In this document: positions 58,766-64,000 of the stretch, piece by piece
Numbering within the stretch: the first letter of the stretch is position 1
Layout: each line of letters begins with the position of its first letter
Assembly (NCBI GenBank): GCA_041687805.1
Contig: JBDNJK010000084.1
Coordinates: forward strand, 2,965-66,964
Length of the DNA: 64,000 bases
Reading direction: 5' to 3'
Source of the DNA: Acidimicrobiales bacterium
GTDB lineage: Bacteria; Actinomycetota; Acidimicrobiia; Acidimicrobiales; Aldehydirespiratoraceae
The notes under the pieces: generated by a model
The model's database searches: none
The model's input: only the letters and a program-made list of their open reading frames with translations
Told to the model about the DNA's origin: nothing
Made by a program: the position numbers and the translations under genes

Positions 58766-58865
58766 GACAGTCGCTTTCGTTCAGGCAGAGAGAAGCTACT
58801 CCCGGTTGCCGTGATGAACCTGAGTCGGAGGGGCGGCACGTATGCGTCGTTTAGAATCGGCCACG

Positions 58866-59813
58866 ATGACTGACTCGTCCAATCCGCAGCCCCTCGGCGG
58901 CAACGAGATGCCCAGGTTCGCCGGGCCCGGCACGTTCATGCGCCTGCCAGGCCGTGCCGATCCCGCCGACCTAGACGTGACAGTGGTTGGCGTGCCCCTC
59001 GACATCGGCGCGTCCAACCGGCCCGGGGCTCGCTATGGCCCGCGGTCCATCCGCTCAGAGTCGGTGTTGATCCGTCCTTACAACATGGCGACGCGTGCGG
59101 CTCCGTTCGACAGTCTTCGCATCGACGACTGCGGCGACGTGGCCATCAACACGTTCAACCTCCTCGATTCTGTGGCTCGAATCGAAGCCCACTACGACGC
59201 GCTTCTGACCGACGACGTGATCACCGCCACGATGGGGGGCGACCACACGATCGTGCTGCCGATACTGCGGGCCATGGCTCGCAAGCACGGACCGGTCGGG
59301 GTTGTCCACGTCGATGCCCACACCGACATCAACGACTCGATGTTCGGCGAGCAAATTGCCCATGGAACACCGTTCCGCAGGGCGGTCGAAGAAGGGCTAC
59401 TCGACTGCCAACGAGTAGTGCAGATCGGGGTGCGAGGCACCGGCTACGAGGCCGACGATTTCGACTGGTCTCGACGGCAGGGGTTTCGGGTGGTGCAGGC
59501 CGAGGAATGCTGGCACCAGTCGCTTGATCCGCTGATGGCGGAAGTTCGCGAACAAGTCGGCGGAGGGCCGGTCTACCTGAGCTTCGATATCGATGGCCTC
59601 GACCCGGCCTACGCGCCTGGCACCGGCACCCCGGAAATCGGCGGGCTCACAACCATTCAGGGCATGGAAATCATTCGTGGCTGCCGTGGACTCGATCTGG
59701 TGGGAGCCGACCTTGTAGAGGTGTCACCCGCATATGACACGTCGGGCAACACGTCGCTCTTGGCAGCCAACCTGCTCTACGAAATGCTGTGCGTGCTACC
59801 CGGCGTCGACTGA
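58866..59813 (+). CDS. Ureohydrolase: agmatinase / guanidinobutyrase (GbuA-like)
   Basis: QPLGGNEMPRF N-terminus; GGDH, DAHTD, HGTPF, SFDIDGLDP..APGTGTPE and EVSP motifs. Confidence 0.9.
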   Translation: MTDSSNPQPLGGNEMPRFAGPGTFMRLPGRADPADLDVTVVGVPLDIGASNRPGARYGPRSIRSESVLIRPYNMATRAAPFDSLRIDDCGDVAINTFNLLDSVARIEAHYDALLTDDVITATMGGDHTIVLPILRAMARKHGPVGVVHVDAHTDINDSMFGEQIAHGTPFRRAVEEGLLDCQRVVQIGVRGTGYEADDFDWSRRQGFRVVQAEECWHQSLDPLMAEVREQVGGGPVYLSFDIDGLDPAYAPGTGTPEIGGLTTIQGMEIIRGCRGLDLVGADLVEVSPAYDTSGNTSLLAANLLYEMLCVLPGVD

Positions 59814-61343
59814 TCAGCGGAGCTGGTCGCCCCACACCGTCTCGTCGCGAATCTGGCCTTTGAGCACCTTGCCTCCGGCGTTGCGGGGGAGAGGCTCTGT
59901 TCGAAATGAGATGAACTGAGGGACTTTGAAATCGGCGATCTCGCCGAGCGTCCATTGGCGAATCTCGCTGGCATCGGGCGTTGAGCCAGGGGCCGGCACG
60001 ATCACCGCACCAACCTTCTCGCCCATCATCGTGTCGGGAACCGCGATCACCGCCACCTCGAACACGTCAGGGTGGCCGACCAGCGCATTCTCCACCTCGA
60101 CCGAATAGACGTTCTCGCCGCCACGATTGACCATGTCTTTCTTGCGGTCGACGATCTGAACGAAGCCGTCGTCGTCTATGCGTGCCAAGTCGCCGGTGTG
60201 GAGCCAACAATCGACGAAAGTATCGGCCGACTGCTCGGCCTTGTTCCAATATCCCGACACCACGTTCTGGCCCCTCACCAGAAGCTCACCGACGCCGGTC
60301 TCGGGGTCGGGCTCGTCCAGGTCGAGTTCCACCACGGGTGCACTGAACCCGACGGTCTCGGGGCGGGCGTCGCAGAACGTGTCCGGCAAAAACGTGGAGA
60401 CAGACGAGGTCTCCGTCAGCCCGAATCCGTTGCCGAGCAGCGCTCCCGGGAACTCTTCGCGCAGGCGCTCGATGATCTCAGGAGCCATCGGCGCGCCGCC
60501 ATAGGTGACGCATCGCACGTTGCTCACGTCGAACTCGCCGAAGTTGGGCTGGTTCATCGCCAGCCAGAAGATCGCCGGCACCGATGTGACCATGTTGATG
60601 CGCTCGTCGACAATGGCGTGCAGAAATGCCTGCACCTCGAACTCGGGCATGATCACCGTGGTACCACCCGAATAGATGGTGGCGAGAAGCTGGCTGTTGC
60701 AACCGGTGGCGTGAAACAACGGTACGGAAACGAGGTTGCGCTGCGGAAGTTCGGCCTCGGCACCGATCACACGCTGGCAAGACTCACAATTGGCCAAGAA
60801 GTTCTCGTGGGTGGTGATAGCGCCTTTGGGGAACCCCGTTGTGCCGCTGGTGTAGAAGATCCCGGCGAGCTCAGTGATGCGAAGATCATCGACTGCCATT
60901 GGCCCGCCATCGGGTAGCCCGCTACCGGCGTCGATCACGACCTTGGCGCCAGAGTCGGTCACCACATAGTCGATTTCGGGTTCACTGAAACGGGTGTTGA
61001 CGGGCACGCACGCCGCCCCCGCCATCAATATGCCGAAGAACGCGTAAGCCCAGTCATTTCCGTTCACAAGATTCAGCGCTACACGATCGCCACGCTCAAT
61101 TCCGGCATCACGGAGACCGCCGGCCACGCGGCTGCTGCGATCCCAGAAGTCCTGATACGACACCCGCTCGCCGCCCAATTCGACGAGAGCCTCCCCGGTG
61201 GGGTCGGCATCCACCTTTGATTTCAGCATCGCAACGAGCGAGTCGGGGAGATTGCTGTAGCCGAGGGTGCCGTCGGAACGACGCTCGACGCCCTCCATAT
61301 CGAACGGCATCAACCGCGGCGTATGGCCCTGTTTCACGATCAT
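59814..61343 (-). CDS. Long-chain acyl-CoA synthetase / AMP-binding enzyme
   Basis: YTSGTTGFPKG, GFGLTET, HTGD, RGGENVY and LPRN.GGK motifs; GGAGG RBS before ATG 61343. Confidence 0.9.
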   Translation of the reverse strand: MIVKQGHTPRLMPFDMEGVERRSDGTLGYSNLPDSLVAMLKSKVDADPTGEALVELGGERVSYQDFWDRSSRVAGGLRDAGIERGDRVALNLVNGNDWAYAFFGILMAGAACVPVNTRFSEPEIDYVVTDSGAKVVIDAGSGLPDGGPMAVDDLRITELAGIFYTSGTTGFPKGAITTHENFLANCESCQRVIGAEAELPQRNLVSVPLFHATGCNSQLLATIYSGGTTVIMPEFEVQAFLHAIVDERINMVTSVPAIFWLAMNQPNFGEFDVSNVRCVTYGGAPMAPEIIERLREEFPGALLGNGFGLTETSSVSTFLPDTFCDARPETVGFSAPVVELDLDEPDPETGVGELLVRGQNVVSGYWNKAEQSADTFVDCWLHTGDLARIDDDGFVQIVDRKKDMVNRGGENVYSVEVENALVGHPDVFEVAVIAVPDTMMGEKVGAVIVPAPGSTPDASEIRQWTLGEIADFKVPQFISFRTEPLPRNAGGKVLKGQIRDETVWGDQLR

Positions 61344-61424
61344 CTGTCGACCTCCAGTCGAAGGACTTCTACCGCTGGCTGGAGGCGAGCGCCAACTCAG
61401 TCGGGCTTCGTGGCCCAACGCTGG

Positions 61425-61475
61425 GTCAGCTCGAGCGCAACGTCAACTCCAATGCAAGGTCAACTCCAGCGCAAA
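61425..61475. repeat. Three imperfect 17-bp tandem repeats
   Basis: GTCAGCTCGAGCGCAAC / GTCAACTCCAATGCAAG / GTCAACTCCAGCGCAAA. Confidence 0.6.
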
Positions 61476-62239
61476 GTCAGTGGCAGTGACATCGTCTCGC
61501 CGGGTTGCAGTATTTTGCAGCCATCGTGATTGAAGGCATTAGGGATGCCGGTCTGGGGCTCCACGCACAAGGCGTGTGATGTCTCGTCGTAGACGACCCA
61601 AGTCTGGGTGGGCGACTCGAAGGTGAGCGAGAAACCGTCGCTCCATGTGACGACTGGGGGAGAGGCGACGCCGTCGAAGCAGTCGTCCCACGGTCCCGGC
61701 GGCACGTCGACCCGCTCGCCGGTTGGCAGCCCGTTGGCCCCTCGTTGCCAGATGGCCTTGGGGCTGAACGAGAGCTCGGCGTCGTCGCCGTCGATCGTCT
61801 TACGGATCACGGGATGCCACCCGACCGCCGCTGGCATCGCCACGTCGCCCGCGGTCACCGACACTGTGATGGTGAGGTGGTCCGACCGGAGATCGGCCTC
61901 GACGCGAGCAGTGCCGCCGAAGGGCCACGGATCACTCAGGTTCAGTGTCAGCGCGCCGTCGCCCGTGATGGTCCAGTCTCTTTGGATGCCCACGCCATGG
62001 ATGGCGTGCTGGCCGAAGTTGATCGGCATCGCGTAGTCGGCTCCGTTAAAGCTGAACTTGCCACGTCCGAGCCTGCCCACCCACGGCACCATCGGAAAAC
62101 ACCCGTACAGCAGAGGAACATCTGTTTCGGGAACCAGAAGCTCGCGTCCGTCGACACACAGCGAACGCAGCCACGCCCCCCGCCGATCAAACCTGGCCGT
62201 AACCCCGTCAGCCACAAGATCAAGTCCTCGTTGGTCCAT
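61460..62239 (-). CDS. Aldose 1-epimerase family protein
   Basis: FPMVPW.GR, HAIHG, GWHP, WDDCF and CVEPQT motifs. Confidence 0.85.
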   Translation of the reverse strand: MDQRGLDLVADGVTARFDRRGAWLRSLCVDGRELLVPETDVPLLYGCFPMVPWVGRLGRGKFSFNGADYAMPINFGQHAIHGVGIQRDWTITGDGALTLNLSDPWPFGGTARVEADLRSDHLTITVSVTAGDVAMPAAVGWHPVIRKTIDGDDAELSFSPKAIWQRGANGLPTGERVDVPPGPWDDCFDGVASPPVVTWSDGFSLTFESPTQTWVVYDETSHALCVEPQTGIPNAFNHDGCKILQPGETMSLPLTLRWS

Positions 62240-62277
62240 ACAGATGGTCTAGCTTCATCACCACACAAACACCCCTC

Positions 62278-62333
62278 CTGTTTTTGTGAACCCTCGATGC
62301 TGCCCACGCAGCACTCAGGGTTCACAAAAACAG
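62278..62333. repeat. Long intergenic palindrome (REP/MITE-like)
   Basis: 17-bp perfect IR CTGTTTTTGTGAACCCT / AGGGTTCACAAAAACAG enclosing TGCTGC-CCAC-GCAGCA. Confidence 0.7.
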
Positions 62334-62355
62334 TTGGAGGGGGGAGAGGCGAGCG

Positions 62356-63330
62356 ATGAAACTGCGATGGGGAGTCATGTCGACGGCGAAGATTGCTCGG
62401 GAGATGGTGATCCCGGGGATTCGGTCGGCCGCGAATGCTGAGTTGAGAGGCATCGCATCGCGTGACGCCACGTTGGCTCGTCGAGTGGCGGATGAAATGA
62501 ACATCCCAAACGCGTATGGCAGCTACGAGGATCTCTTGGGTGATCCCGAGATCGACGCCGTCTACATTCCGTTGCCGAATCACATGCATCTCGAATGGAC
62601 CGAGCGCGCCGCCCGGGCAGGCAAGCACGTCTTGTGTGAGAAGCCGCTGGGGCTCACCGCTGCCGAGGCTGCTCATATGCATGAGGTTTGTGACGCAGAG
62701 GGTGTCGTCCTGATGGAGGCGTTCATGTATCAGTTCCATCCCCAGTGGCAGATGGTGCTTGAGATGGTGAAGTCGGGCAGGATCGGTGAGGTTCGGTCGG
62801 TCCAGTCATGGTTCTCGTACTTCAATGACGACCCGGCCAATATTCGCAACGTGGCTGCCTGTGGTGGCGGCGCGCTGATGGACGTCGGCTGCTACTGCAT
62901 CCACTTGTCCCGTCGGGTATTTGGCGGCGACCCCGTCAGCGCGGTCGGGACCATGCAGCGTGATCCAGATAGTGGCGTCGACGTGCTCACTTCCGCGATG
63001 CTCGAGTTTGAGGGTGGAATGGCAGATTTCACCGTAGGAACGAGGATCGAGCCAGACCAGCGTGTCCACATATATGGCTCCGAGGGTCGTATCGAGATCG
63101 AAATCCCGTTCAACATCCCAGCCGACCGACAAGGCAAGATCAGGGTGACTTCTGGTCGAACCTCACCGTCGGATCCTCAGACCGAGACCGTCATGACCTC
63201 GGCCGCGGATCACTATGGCCTCGAAGTCGAGGCATTCGGCCGCACCGTTCTCGGCTCGGAACCGTTGATCCAGACCACTGCCGACAGCATTGCCAACATG
63301 AAAGTGATCGAGTCGATCGCCGCCGGTTGA
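62356..63330 (+). CDS. Gfo/Idh/MocA family oxidoreductase
   Basis: WGV.STAKI, AGKHVLCEKP and GGGALMDVGCY motifs. Confidence 0.92.
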   Translation: MKLRWGVMSTAKIAREMVIPGIRSAANAELRGIASRDATLARRVADEMNIPNAYGSYEDLLGDPEIDAVYIPLPNHMHLEWTERAARAGKHVLCEKPLGLTAAEAAHMHEVCDAEGVVLMEAFMYQFHPQWQMVLEMVKSGRIGEVRSVQSWFSYFNDDPANIRNVAACGGGALMDVGCYCIHLSRRVFGGDPVSAVGTMQRDPDSGVDVLTSAMLEFEGGMADFTVGTRIEPDQRVHIYGSEGRIEIEIPFNIPADRQGKIRVTSGRTSPSDPQTETVMTSAADHYGLEVEAFGRTVLGSEPLIQTTADSIANMKVIESIAAG

Positions 63331-63336
63331 TTGACC

Positions 63337-64000
63337 TCAGCCGTCGACGGCCTCAAGCCAGCGGATCAGGTCGGTGGTGACCTCGTCGCGGTTGGTCTCG
63401 TTGAGTGTCTCGTGGCGAGCTTCGGGGTAGAGGTTGGCGGTGACTCGCTCCACGCCAAGTGCGGCGAGATTGGTTGCGAGGGCGCTAACGGTCTCCCCAA
63501 ACCCGCCGACTGGATCTTGCAGGCCCGACATCACCAGCACCGGCACGTTGGTCGGGATTTTGGCCTCCGACTCAGGGTCCCATGCGTCGACCATGCCGTG
63601 GATCATGTCGGCCACGAACCCGTTGGAGAGGGGTACATCTGAACCACACCAGGGGTCATCCATGTATTTGCGCACCTCTTCGGCATCGCGGCTCAGCCAT
63701 TCGAAGCCGGTCGCATCATCGCCGGTGAATGGCTCGTTGAAGCCCGCAAACATGGCGTCGAACAGTTCGCTCGGTGAATCAGGGTCGGCATCGGCGATCG
63801 AATCGAGTAGCGGGAGCAACTCGTCGGATCCCTCGAGCCCGTGGGAACTGCCACTCAGGACCACGCCGCTCAGATCGGTTCCCCAGCGTTCGATGTAGCC
63901 CTGCGCCACCATCGATCCCATGCTGTGTCCGAACAAGACGATTCTGGCATCGGGATGCTGATCGTGGATCAGGTCGGTGACAACCGACGCGTCTCCGATC
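63337..64000 (-). CDS. Alpha/beta hydrolase (lysophospholipase-like), 5' end beyond the window
   Basis: GHSMGS nucleophile elbow; G..DPV and RHE.LNE motifs. Confidence 0.85.
   Translation of the reverse strand, partial: IGDASVVTDLIHDQHPDARIVLFGHSMGSMVAQGYIERWGTDLSGVVLSGSSHGLEGSDELLPLLDSIADADPDSPSELFDAMFAGFNEPFTGDDATGFEWLSRDAEEVRKYMDDPWCGSDVPLSNGFVADMIHGMVDAWDPESEAKIPTNVPVLVMSGLQDPVGGFGETVSALATNLAALGVERVTANLYPEARHETLNETNRDEVTTDLIRWLEAVDG

Overview
This is a GC-rich actinobacterial chromosome segment spanning the replication origin; gene order and sequence style suggest Acidimicrobiia (inference). The core block is gyrA-gyrB-dciA-recF-dnaN-oriC-dnaA / rpmH-rnpA-yidD-yidC-jag-rsmG-parS-parA-parB, followed by a CwlM-like gene, trxA/trxB, an ECF sigma/anti-sigma pair, cca, panB and rpsF-ssb-rpsR-rplI-dnaB. 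Accessory metabolic genes follow: CoA enzymes, two PAS-HD-GYP proteins, a sulfatase, an LLM oxidoreductase, Fe-SOD, a gamma-glutamylation cluster and a ureohydrolase. I saw no CRISPR array, transposase or prophage. The best novel candidate is an unannotated ~125-nt structured minus-strand RNA at ~39377-39502. It sits behind a sigma-28-type promoter and exposes an anti-Shine-Dalgarno-like CUCCCUCC bubble. The same promoter motif precedes the window's FliA/WhiG sigma gene, a PAS-HD-GYP phosphodiesterase gene and a hypothetical membrane protein gene, suggesting a dispersed sigma-28 / c-di-GMP / sRNA regulon. Other oddities are a probable leaderless ATT start for the ECF sigma, a CRP-type palindrome beside DnaA boxes, an in-frame deletion in a crotonase, and several pseudo-enzymes. 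All calls are by eye; no database searches were run.
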